From Salinispira sp. (GTDB lineage: Bacteria; Spirochaetota; Spirochaetia; DSM-27196; Salinispiraceae): 64,000 nucleotides of DNA. The position numbers were made by a program, and so were the translations under genes. Below the pieces are notes generated by a model, which searched no databases, was not told where the DNA came from, and was given only the letters and a program-made list of their open reading frames with translations. Positions 1-10,230 of the stretch are shown here, one piece after another; position 1 is the first letter of the stretch; each line of letters begins with the position of its first letter. The DNA lies in contig OZ271918.1 of the NCBI GenBank assembly GCA_965602015.1, positions 2,944,001-3,008,000 on the forward strand. Direction: 5' to 3'.

Positions 1-520
1 CTGCGTATTCCCCGTCGGGACTGATGGTAAGGGCCAGCACCTCATTCTTGTGTTGGGTTGAACGTTGAACCAGTTCGCCGTTTGTGCTTTCCACAAGGGC
101 CAGCGCCGAGGGCGAACCGTAACCCGGGAAAAGGGTCCAGCGCTCGTCGCCGCTTATTGCCACGGCGGGAGCCGTCCCGTGGTCTCCCCTCCCCCGGTAA
201 CTCCAGAGCAGTGAGAAATCCCCGTCGTACATCCGCACCCGGTTGTCCCGGCTTATTACGGCAAAGTAGTTGCCGAAGCGGGAAAACCGCCCCGTACTGA
301 GCATGGCCTCCTGCTCGAGGCTCCGCAGCTGAAGAGCCCGCACCAAGGGAATATCCTGGGCTGCCGCGCTGAAACACAGAGTAAGCAGCAAAAGCGAGAG
401 GACAATGCGTGACAGAACTCCCGACCGTGGGGAGGCTGACAGTTCGGAACCGGTCAATGAGGAACCAGTCACGGAGGAACCCGATGATGGGGAAGGTAAA
501 AACATTCGGCGCGTGATCAT
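1..520 (-). CDS. Exported WD40/beta-propeller-like protein, N-terminal part (runs off the window edge; missed by the ORF track)
   Basis: Manual minus-strand translation from ATG 520 is open to position 1: MITRRMFLPSP...IVLSLLLLTLCFSAAAQ (signal peptide), then FSRFGNYFAVISRDNRVRMYD and HKNEVLALTISPDGEY (WD40-like blades). Confidence 0.7.
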   Translation of the reverse strand, partial: MITRRMFLPSPSSGSSVTGSSLTGSELSASPRSGVLSRIVLSLLLLTLCFSAAAQDIPLVRALQLRSLEQEAMLSTGRFSRFGNYFAVISRDNRVRMYDGDFSLLWSYRGRGDHGTAPAVAISGDERWTLFPGYGSPSALALVESTNGELVQRSTQHKNEVLALTISPDGEYA

Positions 521-621
521 GGAAAAACTATATCAGATTGTTTTCCCTTCATCCCTAGTCAAAAGCGGTTCTGGCCCAAGAAAGCGCCACAGTGTACCAT
601 TGGCTCAGGAAGGAGCAGGGC

Positions 622-1401
622 ATGGAAAATGGCTTTTGGCAGCAGGCAGTGGATCGGTTTTTAGCGGACTGGCGGGACCGGCCGGAGGTCACCGGCGCCC
701 TTGTCTGCGGCAGTTATGTAACAGGAGACCCGAGCGTCCATTCAGATCTGGACCTCCATATCATTTTACAGCCTGACTGCCCCTGGAGGGAGCGGGGAAA
801 CCGATGGGTCCACGGTTTTCATATCGAGTACTTCGCTAATCCGGTGGGAAAACACCGGGAATACGCCGCAGAAGACGAAGCAAATCGGCGAACGGTCAAT
901 AATCACATGTTCGCAACCGGTAAGTTGTTGTTCGACACCAGCGGCGACCTGACGAGCGTGGTAAAACAGGCACAAAAGGATCTCGAGCTACGGGAGAACG
1001 AAGGCTTTCCGCGAACTAAAGGCGCGGCGCTGGAAATCGTCAAATATCAGCTCTGGGATATGAGGGATAATCTCGAAGAAGCCTTTGAGGCCGCCGCTCC
1101 GGATTTTGTGTTTATCGCCCATTGCATGCTGCGGGACCTCGCAGATGCCTACGGCGCATATTTAGGCTACCATGAGCTACCGGTCTACCGGATGGGCCGC
1201 TTGCTCAGGGATCAGTCACAGCGGCGAAAGTACCGATTTCCCGATTACCCCGACGCCGACTTCGCAAAAAGGCTACTTTGTGCTCTAAGCCTCACCGACC
1301 CGGAGGAACTTATGGCTGCTTATTCCGGACTCAGCACCCATGTACTTGGGGCAATGGGCGGGTTTTCCGTTGACGGCTGGTCCCTGCGTTCGGAGGTCTG
1401 A
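622..1401 (+). CDS. Pol-beta superfamily nucleotidyltransferase domain protein with helical C-terminal domain
   Basis: GALVCGSYVTGDPSVHSDLDL (GS...DxD motif); AGGAG RBS before ATG 622. Confidence 0.8.
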   Translation: MENGFWQQAVDRFLADWRDRPEVTGALVCGSYVTGDPSVHSDLDLHIILQPDCPWRERGNRWVHGFHIEYFANPVGKHREYAAEDEANRRTVNNHMFATGKLLFDTSGDLTSVVKQAQKDLELRENEGFPRTKGAALEIVKYQLWDMRDNLEEAFEAAAPDFVFIAHCMLRDLADAYGAYLGYHELPVYRMGRLLRDQSQRRKYRFPDYPDADFAKRLLCALSLTDPEELMAAYSGLSTHVLGAMGGFSVDGWSLRSEV

Positions 1402-1510
1402 TTACCAAGGACGGGATTTTCGCCCCAAGAGCGGTAATGGCAGTTCCGCCCCTTGAGCAGGTATTTAAATCAGCTGTTTTCGGGGCACTCGGAATGGACA
1501 AGGAGCAATT

Positions 1511-2038
1511 ATGAACAGATACATCAGCCTGCTTCGGGGCATCAATGTCAGCGGGCAAAAAATTATCAAGATGGCCGAGCTCGCCCAAGGGTACCGGGAC
1601 TGGGGTTTCACAGATGTGAGCACCTACCTGGCCAGCGGCAATGTGCTGTTTACCTCGCCGAAAGGGCCCGGAGAATGCCGTCAGATAATCGAACAGGCAA
1701 TCTCTCAAAGGTTTGGCTACCAGGTGGATTGCCTGGTTCTCACCCCGCAACAGCTTTCTGCAATCCGGGCGTCCATGCCGTTTGCCGCAGAGCGGGTGTT
1801 CTACAGCTTTATTATAGGCGATGGCGAATGGCCCCCTCCCCCTGAGGATATCAGCATTATCAAGCCATTCGCCGCCGAGGGCGATGATTTGGCAGCGGAG
1901 CCAGGCGTCGTCTACTTTCACTGCCTGGGAAGCTTCGGCAAATCTAAACTCTCGAATAATTTCATCGAGAAGAAATTGGGTGTACGGGCCACGACGAGGA
2001 ATGCAAAAACTGTTGAAGCACTGCTTCAGCGCACATAA
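1511..2038 (+). CDS. DUF1697 family protein
   Basis: YISLLRGINVSG, TYLASGNVLF and C-terminal ATTRNAKTV motifs; AGGAG RBS. Confidence 0.85.
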   Translation: MNRYISLLRGINVSGQKIIKMAELAQGYRDWGFTDVSTYLASGNVLFTSPKGPGECRQIIEQAISQRFGYQVDCLVLTPQQLSAIRASMPFAAERVFYSFIIGDGEWPPPPEDISIIKPFAAEGDDLAAEPGVVYFHCLGSFGKSKLSNNFIEKKLGVRATTRNAKTVEALLQRT

Positions 2039-2039
2039 A

Positions 2040-2061
2040 CCCGCCGGGAGATGCCGGCGGG
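2040..2061. terminator. Hairpin between convergent genes
   Basis: CCCGCCGG-gagatg-CCGGCGGG immediately after the DUF1697 stop. Confidence 0.55.
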
Positions 2062-2078
2062 CAGGGCGAAATCACCGT

Positions 2079-3446
2079 TCAAAGATTTTCTCCGTTGGTC
2101 TCAATTACGCTCCGATACCAACGGCCCGACTCTTTTATGGTTCGCTTCTGGGTTTTGTAGTCGACGTGAATCATTCCGAATCGGTGGCGGTAGCCTTCGG
2201 CCCATTCGAAATTGTCCATCAATGACCAATGAAAGTACCCCTTTACGTCAACGCCGTCGGCAGAAGCCCGTTTTAGCTCGCGAAGGTAGCGGGTGGCGAA
2301 GTCTTTTCGGGCAGGATCCTCGACCCGCCCGTCGACATTGACCCAGTCGTGACTGCTCGTGCCGTTTTCCGTGATGACCACCGGTTTGCCGTATCGCTCA
2401 TAAAGAAATTTCGGTCCCCAGTACAGGGCTCCTGGGGTCACGGGCCACATAAAGTTGCTGCGGGGAAACCCGGGACCGTAGTGTTCAGCGGCGAGGAACT
2501 GGGGCGTGCCGTCGCCGCCCCGGATCATCCGGCCGGTGGCCTGATAGATGTTGGCGCCGATAAAATCCGGAGCCTCGGGCATCATCTGCAAATCTCCCTC
2601 CCAGCCGGAAGGAAGCCATTGACCGTATCGCGCCAGGAACTCCTCGGGGTATGATCCCAAAAACAGGGGATCGTTCCAGATGGCATTTGAGAAACTGAAC
2701 AGATCTCCCGGGGCGATGGAAAACTGTGCGTTCCGCGCGGCTGCCACCAGTTCATCGTCCTGCCCGTCTTCGGGCTCGATTACCGGAAGGGCCGGGGCAG
2801 CCCCGACTTTACCGGCGTTTTCGCCTCGGATTGCATTGGCTGCCGCTCCATGCGCCCGGTTTACATTGTGGACGATGGGGACGATGTCCATGTGCGAAAG
2901 CTTCAGGCCGGGGGCGTGTACGCCGATCGAATGGCCGAGGCTGACAAACATGTCCGGTTCGTTCAGGGTGAACCAGTGAGACACCCGGTCGCCCAGGGCT
3001 TTGGCGAGAACCCCGGCATATTCGCCGAACCATAGGGGACTGTCGGGGTTAAGCCAGCCGCCGCGGCGGTACAGGCCAAGCGGCAAGTCCCAGTGAAAAA
3101 GGGTAAGCCAGGGAGTAATGGCGGCCTTGAGGAGCTCATCAACAAGTCTGTCGTAAAAATCCAGCCCCTTCGCATTAACCTGGCCGATTCCGTCGGGCAT
3201 GACCCTCGGCCAGCTGACGGAAAACCGATATGCCTGCAGCCCCAGTTCCCTCATGAGTTTCACATCGTCGGGCATTCTGTGGTAGTGGTCGCACGCCGCA
3301 TCGCCGCTGTCCCCGGCGACGGTTTTACCGGGCCATTGGCAGAACTGATCCCAGACGGACTCTCCACGGCCGTCCTCCCGGGCAGCGCCTTCGATCTGAT
3401 ACGCCGCTGTGGCGGCTCCCCAGCTAAAATCCTGTGAAAAACTCAT
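2079..3446 (-). CDS. Glycoside hydrolase family 1 beta-glucosidase
   Basis: FSWGAATAAYQIEG, TLNEP acid/base, ITENG nucleophile, WSLMDNFEWAEG; GGAGG RBS before ATG 3446. Confidence 0.95.
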   Translation of the reverse strand: MSFSQDFSWGAATAAYQIEGAAREDGRGESVWDQFCQWPGKTVAGDSGDAACDHYHRMPDDVKLMRELGLQAYRFSVSWPRVMPDGIGQVNAKGLDFYDRLVDELLKAAITPWLTLFHWDLPLGLYRRGGWLNPDSPLWFGEYAGVLAKALGDRVSHWFTLNEPDMFVSLGHSIGVHAPGLKLSHMDIVPIVHNVNRAHGAAANAIRGENAGKVGAAPALPVIEPEDGQDDELVAAARNAQFSIAPGDLFSFSNAIWNDPLFLGSYPEEFLARYGQWLPSGWEGDLQMMPEAPDFIGANIYQATGRMIRGGDGTPQFLAAEHYGPGFPRSNFMWPVTPGALYWGPKFLYERYGKPVVITENGTSSHDWVNVDGRVEDPARKDFATRYLRELKRASADGVDVKGYFHWSLMDNFEWAEGYRHRFGMIHVDYKTQKRTIKESGRWYRSVIETNGENL

Positions 3447-3643
3447 AAAACCTCCGTCATCCCCCATTCATATAACAGATTGGGGAGAATGTGGGGTTTT
3501 TTCTCCTGAAAACGCTGAGCGCTGCCGGATTATGAGAAAATCATTTCTTTTGCCCTCAGGCGTTTGGACCACTGGAAATAACTGAATGGGATTCGTATAT
3601 TATAGTTGATGTTTTCCCGCAAAAAGCATCAATAGGAGGACGT

Positions 3644-3895
3644 ATGCTTACGCTGACTCTTCCGTCCCATGGCTCGTATCAAGAGATACTGGAAATGGTG
3701 AAAGATAGCCCCGTGCAGGTAAAAATAATGCGCGACGCAACTATCGACATGCCTGAGCTGGAGGACGATTACAGCCATGCCCGGGGCAAAACGGAAATAA
3801 CCCGGGAAATGGAAAATATTCTCGATTTCCAACGGCAATGGTATTGCCAGGAAAGCGACAACTGCTCCATGGGAGGAGCCGGGGAGGTCTACTGA
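3644..3895 (+). CDS. Small hypothetical protein (83 aa)
   Basis: Strong AGGAGGA RBS; own intrinsic terminator directly at the stop. Confidence 0.7.
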   Translation: MLTLTLPSHGSYQEILEMVKDSPVQVKIMRDATIDMPELEDDYSHARGKTEITREMENILDFQRQWYCQESDNCSMGGAGEVY

Positions 3896-3908
3896 CCTCC
3901 CTTTTTTT
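3882..3908 (+). terminator. Rho-independent terminator
   Basis: GGGAGGTC-tact-GACCTCCC followed by T7. Confidence 0.8.
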
Positions 3909-3921
3909 GCCCGTTATTGTA

Positions 3922-4872
3922 TTAGGTCCAGACCCACAGGGGGACAGCCATCATTTTTGCAAGCTTGTCACCATCCCGGAGTATTCCGTCCAGATTTCCA
4001 TGGTCGGCGATGGAAAGCCTCTTTTTATCCTGCAGGACGATATTTAATTCATGGCTGATATAACTGCCGCCCCGGTGCCGGTAAACCTGCTCGCTGACCA
4101 CCTGCAATCCCCGGACCTGGTCAAATCCAAACGATTCACCGGAAACCGTGGCCGAACCCGTTTCTCCGTCGAAAATGGAACGGTTTCCGAATATATGCAG
4201 CACCAGAAATCCTCCAATGATAAAAAGCAGGCCGGACCACTGAATCTGCGGAAGGGCTGCCAAAAAGGATTCCATATTATGTATATCGCCTCCCAGGCTA
4301 GCCCTGAGAAAACTGAAGGTCAGGATGTGTAACCCCGGGAGTGAAAGAGCTATGGCGAAGTATGTGAGCGCCCGGCTCGCCCTCATGACATATCGGCCCC
4401 GGGGGGCTTGGACCAGCCGATGGGTCCGGAAGTTTGCGCCGCCAGGCATGAGGGCCGACCAATCCAGAGAAGCGGCAAAACTATCGCTTCCGGGATTATG
4501 AATTATGAGGTCTTCTTCAGAAACGTCGGATGTGCTTCCACGACCGCGCAGATCCAAAAAATAAGCTAGGAAAACGAGGGTCAGCGCTCCGGCAATGATT
4601 GCCGCAAGGGATAGCGATTGGATTCTCTGAAGCAGTGACAACTCGATGGCAGATTCATAGCCGGCAATTTGATCCCGATAGGCCTGCAGCCTGAGAACCT
4701 GCTGTTCATCGAGGTTTTCCTCCGCAGAAAGCTCATCGGCCAGGGCGTGTACGTTTTCTATAGCATCCTTGTACGGTTCTGAGCGGTCCTGAACGAGCAG
4801 GGGTAGAAGGCGAAAGGACAAAAAAGCCAGCGGAAGTATCAATAACAGGAAGGGCAGTTTACTGTTCTTCAT
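3922..4872 (-). CDS. Hypothetical membrane protein
   Basis: 316-aa ORF with about four hydrophobic segments, 9 bp downstream of the carbonic anhydrase gene. Confidence 0.7.
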   Translation of the reverse strand: MKNSKLPFLLLILPLAFLSFRLLPLLVQDRSEPYKDAIENVHALADELSAEENLDEQQVLRLQAYRDQIAGYESAIELSLLQRIQSLSLAAIIAGALTLVFLAYFLDLRGRGSTSDVSEEDLIIHNPGSDSFAASLDWSALMPGGANFRTHRLVQAPRGRYVMRASRALTYFAIALSLPGLHILTFSFLRASLGGDIHNMESFLAALPQIQWSGLLFIIGGFLVLHIFGNRSIFDGETGSATVSGESFGFDQVRGLQVVSEQVYRHRGGSYISHELNIVLQDKKRLSIADHGNLDGILRDGDKLAKMMAVPLWVWT

Positions 4873-4881
4873 AAAAATCCT

Positions 4882-5505
4882 TTAGTTCAATAGCTCGAAG
4901 CTCTCGCTCATTTCGTCGTACTGGAACACTTCACCGGTATCTATGCGGTAATACCAGCCTCGAATGGTCAGACTGCCCTCCTGGTAGCGCTGTCTGATGT
5001 AGGAGTACGTCAGCAGATGCTTAATCTGCTCAAGCACATTAATTTGCTCGGTCATCCAGGCGCGTATGCCGGGATTTTCCGCCTCCGGCTTGGCCATGAC
5101 CATTTCCGCAACATGGGAAGCTAAGGACATCCATCGCTCGGTTAACTCGCCGGGCTTTGTATGGTCCCCATCCGTGTACAGTGTTCCGCAGCCTCCGCAA
5201 TTGCTGTGGCCGCAGACGACGATATTTTCCACCTCCAGCCCCTGCACCGCGTATTCTATAGCCGCAGCAGTCGAGGGAAACCGGGACGCCAGCTCGGCGG
5301 GGGGCACCAGGTTGGCAATGTTCCGGATAATAAACAAGTCGCCCGGTCGGGTATGGGTTATCATCCCCGGCACGAGCCGGGAATCCGAGCAGGTTATAAA
5401 AAGGGTATGGGGTTTTTGCTTTTCTGATAATTGCTGGAAAAGCAGTTCATGTTCGCGGTACTCATTTTTGTGAAAATGCACCGCACCGTTGATAAGCCTA
5501 TGCAC
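4882..5505 (-). CDS. Beta-class carbonic anhydrase
   Basis: CSDSR and GHSNCGG zinc ligands, RNIAN motif. Confidence 0.95.
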   Translation of the reverse strand: MHRLINGAVHFHKNEYREHELLFQQLSEKQKPHTLFITCSDSRLVPGMITHTRPGDLFIIRNIANLVPPAELASRFPSTAAAIEYAVQGLEVENIVVCGHSNCGGCGTLYTDGDHTKPGELTERWMSLASHVAEMVMAKPEAENPGIRAWMTEQINVLEQIKHLLTYSYIRQRYQEGSLTIRGWYYRIDTGEVFQYDEMSESFELLN

Positions 5506-5583
5506 ATCGGTCTCCTGTTTTTTACCTTATGCGCCGACGGCGCCTGTTAGGTTAAAAACCTGAATCCGCCGGCAGATATGTAC

Positions 5584-6216
5584 TTAAAATAGTTCACCCT
5601 GAGCGCCCCGGAGGACCTGCTCAAGCTGATGGGCGACCTGAAGGAAGTCTTCCTCCCGGTCGTGGTAATCCAAATCATCCATGCTGAGGGTCAGCACCGG
5701 GCTCTTTTTCCAGCCGCCGATCCACTCTTCATACAGTACGTTTAATTCGAGCAGATATTCATCGGGGATTGCCTGCTCGAAATCCCGGTTCCTCATGGCG
5801 ATCCGGGTTTTTAAGGTCGGAAGCGAGGCCCTGAGGTAAATAATCACATCGGGCAGCTCCAGCAAATCCGCCAGCACTTCATAAAGCCGCCAATACGTGG
5901 CGAAATCCCGCTCCTCAATATAGCCCCTTCGGTGCAGATTCTTGGCGAAAATATGCGCGTCCTCGTACACCGAACGGTCCTGCACAACCGACCCCCGGTA
6001 GTCCTGCAGGGATTTGTGCATTCCCAGACGGTCCGAGAGAAAATAGAGCTGGGACTTATACGCCCAGCGGCCCATATCGTCGTAAAAATCCGCGAGATAG
6101 GGGTTCTCGGACACCGGTTCGAAGTAGGGCTTCCAGCCGAGATGGTCTGATAACTTGCGCACCAGCGTTGATTTTCCCGCCCCGATATTTCCGGCCACCA
6201 CGATATGCTGTTTCAT
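5584..6216 (-). CDS. Deoxynucleoside kinase (dNK family)
   Basis: GNIGAGKST P-loop, DRSVYED, RNRDFE lid. Confidence 0.93.
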   Translation of the reverse strand: MKQHIVVAGNIGAGKSTLVRKLSDHLGWKPYFEPVSENPYLADFYDDMGRWAYKSQLYFLSDRLGMHKSLQDYRGSVVQDRSVYEDAHIFAKNLHRRGYIEERDFATYWRLYEVLADLLELPDVIIYLRASLPTLKTRIAMRNRDFEQAIPDEYLLELNVLYEEWIGGWKKSPVLTLSMDDLDYHDREEDFLQVAHQLEQVLRGAQGELF

Positions 6217-6341
6217 AGCTGAGCATTGTATCGCCGGCCGGGCGGGAGAACAAGCGGGATTATCGGGGTCCTTGAATTTTCGCCTTCCGATGTATTACTG
6301 TATGCCCTGGTATTTTACTCAGCTTTCCAGGGTTAGGGCAG

Positions 6342-6764
6342 ATGAAGACAGAGGATCGGCGGGACATTGAGACCCGTCAGGACATTGAAAAACTGGTGGA
6401 CCGCTTCTACGCCCGGGTTCGAAAAGACGATGTCATCGGCTATATTTTTAACGACGTCGCCAAGGTTCATTGGGAAAGCCATATTCCCCGAATCGTCGAT
6501 TTCTGGGAAGCCGTGCTGTTCCGGCAAACGCTGTTCGACGGCAATCCTCTGGACAAGCACATGAAGGTCGATCAAAAGGAAACCCTCAGGGAAGAGCATT
6601 TTGCCCGCTGGCTGTCTCTTTTTCACCGGACCATAGACGACCTTTTCGCCGGAGAAACAGCCGAGGCGGCGAAATACCGGTCAAAAAATATTGCCGGTGT
6701 CTTTATGCAGCACCTGGACCAGCGGCGAAATAAGCCCTCCTTTCACCTTGGCTCTCTCGAATAA
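6342..6764 (+). CDS. Group III truncated hemoglobin
   Basis: [40 protein letters not shown] motifs. Confidence 0.9.
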   Translation: MKTEDRRDIETRQDIEKLVDRFYARVRKDDVIGYIFNDVAKVHWESHIPRIVDFWEAVLFRQTLFDGNPLDKHMKVDQKETLREEHFARWLSLFHRTIDDLFAGETAEAAKYRSKNIAGVFMQHLDQRRNKPSFHLGSLE

Positions 6765-7726
6765 CTCCTCACCATAGGGGGGCCTTGAAGGTCCCGAATT
6801 CTATCCAGCTGCTCTTGACGGCGAAGCACCGCCTGTTCATCCTCGCTGTCGGCGATTTGGGCCAGAACCGCATCCAGGGGAGTCCCCTCGTCATCGAAGG
6901 CGGTGTCTCCTCCTGGATTCGGCCGTCCGTCGGCCGCAAGCGCGGTAAAATTGAACAGCGAGCTGTCCATCATGTGACTGGGAATGATGTTTTTCATCGC
7001 CCGGAAGATGTTTTCCACCCGTCCGGGATTCGTCTTCTCCCAGCCCCTGAGCATGTCCTTAATGACCTGCCGCTGCAAATTCGGCTGGCTTCCGCAGAGG
7101 TCGCAGGGGATGAGGGGATACTCCTTCAGCCGTGCAAGGGCTGCAAGGTCCTCCTCCTTGCAGTACGCCAGGGGGCGAATGACGATGTTGCGGCCGTCGT
7201 CGCTCACCAGCTTCGGAGGCATGCCCTTAATAGTCCCGCCGTAAAACATATTGAGAAAGAGGGTTTCGAGGATGTCATCCCGATGATGCCCCAGAGCGAT
7301 TTTCGTCGCGCCGATTTCACCGGCCACCCGGTAAATGACGCCCCGGCGAAGCCTGCTGCAGAGGCTGCAGGTTGTTTGTCCCTCGGGGATGAGCCGCTGA
7401 ACAATTGAATAGGTATCCTGTTTGACGATGCGGTGAGGCACTCCCCGGTCCTCCAGGTAGGCCGGCAGAATGTGCGCCGGAAAACCCGGCTGTTTCTGGT
7501 CGAGGTTCACCGCGGTAATGCGGAAGTCAACGGGAGCCGCATCCCTCAGCATGAGCAGGATATCCAGCAGGGCAAAGGAATCCTTTCCGCCGGACATACA
7601 GACCATCACGTGGTCTCCGTCCTCTATCATTGAATAATCGGCGATGGCGGACCCGGTGAGCCGGCGCAGCCGCTTGACGAGTTTGTTGCCCTCGCGCCTT
7701 TCTTTTTCGTAGTGTTTTTTTGTCAT
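6743..7726 (-). CDS. ttcA: tRNA 2-thiocytidine(32) synthetase TtcA
   Basis: SGGKDS PP-loop, [29 protein letters not shown]. Confidence 0.95.
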   Translation of the reverse strand: MTKKHYEKERREGNKLVKRLRRLTGSAIADYSMIEDGDHVMVCMSGGKDSFALLDILLMLRDAAPVDFRITAVNLDQKQPGFPAHILPAYLEDRGVPHRIVKQDTYSIVQRLIPEGQTTCSLCSRLRRGVIYRVAGEIGATKIALGHHRDDILETLFLNMFYGGTIKGMPPKLVSDDGRNIVIRPLAYCKEEDLAALARLKEYPLIPCDLCGSQPNLQRQVIKDMLRGWEKTNPGRVENIFRAMKNIIPSHMMDSSLFNFTALAADGRPNPGGDTAFDDEGTPLDAVLAQIADSEDEQAVLRRQEQLDRIRDLQGPPMVRSYSREPR

Positions 7727-7864
7727 AATCTCCCTCTATGGGCGGGACCCACTATATCGGGATATTCGACGGTTGTGAATACGGAGCGCCCGAGCTTGCC
7801 GACGCCCAACGCGCTCTGCTATATTAGGGCAACACTCAGCTTTAACTTTCCCCCGGGGGGTCTC

Positions 7865-8779
7865 ATGAGAAACATCCAGGTACCGGTTTTTAACCCAATT
7901 CTGCTCGATTTGCCCGGCCCGCTCGCGGTGAGCTGGTACGGACTTACCTACCTTCTCGGTTTCGTATTCGCCTACCTATTCGTCATGGATCATATCCGAA
8001 GGAAGCGGATCGACCTCACCAGCGAACAGTTCATGGAAATCCTCATCCGGATTTTTATCGGTGTTCTGGTGGGCGGCCGCCTGGGATTTATCCTTTTCGT
8101 GAACCCGGGGTATTATTTCAGCAATCCCCTTCAAATGCTGGCGGTCTGGGAAGGCGGAATGTACTTTTTCGGCGGATTTATCGCCGCGCTGATAATCCCG
8201 TATTTCTATATAAGAAAGCAAAACATGAACTACTTCGATTTGGCGGATTTTATCATCATTCCCGCGCCGATCGGCCTGGCATTCGGGCGACTGGGGAATT
8301 TCATCAATGGCGAGTTCTGGGGACGTCCCAGTGCATCTCCCCTGGCGATGGTCTTCGATTCGGTGCCGCGCAGCAACTGGCTTCCGGTTTCCGAAAACTG
8401 GGTCAGGGAAATCATAGAGGAAACCGGAATGACCGTTCTGGCCGGGCAGTCCACAGTCAACCTGCCCCGGCATCCGGTTCAACTCTACGAACTGGTCATG
8501 GAGGGAATCGTGCTCTACGCCATCCTCCTGCTCTTTCGGAACATCGGCAAAGAAAAGCCCCGGGGTTCGGTGGTCAGCCTGTTTCTTCTGGGATACGGCA
8601 TTTTCCGATTTTGGATCGAGTTCTACCGCGAGCCGGTGAGCCACTCTGCGATTATCGCCGGAGACTGGTTTACCCTGAGCATGCTCTTCACCATTCCGAT
8701 GATTATTCTGGGAGCCGCGGGAATGATTATTTCGTATCGGAAGAATCAAAAAAACGAGTTGTACCGTGCGGCTATCTGA
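7865..8779 (+). CDS. lgt: Prolipoprotein diacylglyceryl transferase
   Basis: WYGLTY, GGRLG, GRLGNFINGEFWGR, HPVQLYE, RFWIEFYREP. Confidence 0.95.
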   Translation: MRNIQVPVFNPILLDLPGPLAVSWYGLTYLLGFVFAYLFVMDHIRRKRIDLTSEQFMEILIRIFIGVLVGGRLGFILFVNPGYYFSNPLQMLAVWEGGMYFFGGFIAALIIPYFYIRKQNMNYFDLADFIIIPAPIGLAFGRLGNFINGEFWGRPSASPLAMVFDSVPRSNWLPVSENWVREIIEETGMTVLAGQSTVNLPRHPVQLYELVMEGIVLYAILLLFRNIGKEKPRGSVVSLFLLGYGIFRFWIEFYREPVSHSAIIAGDWFTLSMLFTIPMIILGAAGMIISYRKNQKNELYRAAI

Positions 8780-9602
8780 CAAAAGAGCCGCAGTCACTAT
8801 TCTGGCGCTCATCCTCCTTCTGGGCTCATGTTCGAGCTTTCGGACAAGTGATGAGCGGGTACTTGAAGAACTCGGCGAGGCCGGTCTTTCGGTGGTCTTG
8901 GACCGCAGCGACCTCGCCGGCTACCAGGTGAGAAGCGTTCGCACCCTCCCGGGAGGCGGTAACCAGGTGCTGTTCATCCACGGCGCACCGGGTTCCCTGG
9001 ACGACAGTCTCAGGTTTTTCTACCGGCCAGATCTGCGAAGCCGCGCCCAGCTCATCAGCTATGACCGACCGGGCTTCGGCTACTCAGGCCTGGGAGAGCC
9101 CCTTACCAGTCTGGAGGCCCAGGCGGCGGTGGCCATGGACCTCATCGAGCCAGGAGCCGTGGTCGTCGGCCATTCCTACGGGGCAACCATTGCCCTGAGA
9201 ATGGCCATGGACTATCCGGATCTGCTGTCGGGAGTCATTATCCTCGCCGGAGTTTCCGCCGCGGAACACGAGAAAATATTCTGGTTTAACCGGCCCATGG
9301 AAAGCCCGGCTCTCAACTGGATGCTCGGCGGCGCATGGCGGTCGGCAAACACCGAAAAACTGACTCATCTGGACGAGCTGCCATTGTTTGATGATCTCTG
9401 GGAGAACATACGGACTCCGGTTATCATCATCCACGGAACCCGGGACCGCCTCGTCCCCTACGAAAATGCACCCTACGCCGCTGAGCGCATCGACGAAGAA
9501 TACGTCGAGTTGATCACCCTGGAGGACGAGGACCATTTTATCCTCTGGACCCAGGAAGAGCTCATCGTCCGGAAAATTATCGAGCTTCTCGAAGGTCAAT
9601 AG
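8766..9602 (+). CDS. Alpha/beta fold hydrolase, lipoprotein
   Basis: Lipobox LGSC; HGAPGS, GHSYG nucleophile elbow, DRLVP, DHF. Confidence 0.9.
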   Translation: MRLSDKRAAVTILALILLLGSCSSFRTSDERVLEELGEAGLSVVLDRSDLAGYQVRSVRTLPGGGNQVLFIHGAPGSLDDSLRFFYRPDLRSRAQLISYDRPGFGYSGLGEPLTSLEAQAAVAMDLIEPGAVVVGHSYGATIALRMAMDYPDLLSGVIILAGVSAAEHEKIFWFNRPMESPALNWMLGGAWRSANTEKLTHLDELPLFDDLWENIRTPVIIIHGTRDRLVPYENAPYAAERIDEEYVELITLEDEDHFILWTQEELIVRKIIELLEGQ

Positions 9603-9645
9603 CCTGTGCGAATGACCTCGGTTTGCCAAACAGGAGAACTTCAAC

Positions 9646-10230
9646 ATGGATCAGAATAAGCAGAGCCTGGATTTCCTCATATCGGAGAACGCCGGCGTCC
9701 TGCGGCAGGGAATAACGGTCATCAAAAGCATTGATGATGATCAGTACTCCCGGCCGGTCGAGGGCTCGGGAACCGACAGCTCATTGGGCAAGCATTTTCG
9801 TCACGTCATAAACTTTTACGAAAACCTCCTCAGTCCGGTTGACGGAACCATAGATTATGACCGGCGGATCAGAGACCCCGAGCTTGAAACCCGCTGCTCC
9901 AGGGCTGCGGATAAAATGGAAGAGCTGCTGGACCAGCTTAACAAGCTGGGCAATTCGGACCTGAACGGGTCGGAGCAGAACGGATCCGAGACACATGGTT
10001 CGAAGCCAAACGATTCGAAGGACGGCCTTGTGCGCCGCATACGCATCGGCGCTCAGGACGATCTGACGGTTCCCAGCGATATCCGCCGCGAATTGAAATT
10101 CGTCCTGGAACACAGCATCCATCACTACGCCCTCATCGGTCTCATCCTGCGCCAGCGGGGCGTTGGTATTCCCGATCATTTCGGAGTCGCCCCCTCCACC
10201 ATCGCGTACGTCAATAACCGGAACAGCTGA
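9646..10230 (+). CDS. DinB/YfiT-like metalloprotein
   Basis: GKHFRHVINFY, IDYDRRIRD, EHSIHHYAL, FGVAPST. Confidence 0.85.
   Translation: MDQNKQSLDFLISENAGVLRQGITVIKSIDDDQYSRPVEGSGTDSSLGKHFRHVINFYENLLSPVDGTIDYDRRIRDPELETRCSRAADKMEELLDQLNKLGNSDLNGSEQNGSETHGSKPNDSKDGLVRRIRIGAQDDLTVPSDIRRELKFVLEHSIHHYALIGLILRQRGVGIPDHFGVAPSTIAYVNNRNS

Noticed and set aside
42..776. Track ORFs 42-377, 58-300 and 405-776
   Set aside because: Better explained by the minus-strand WD40-like gene at 1-520 and the nucleotidyltransferase gene
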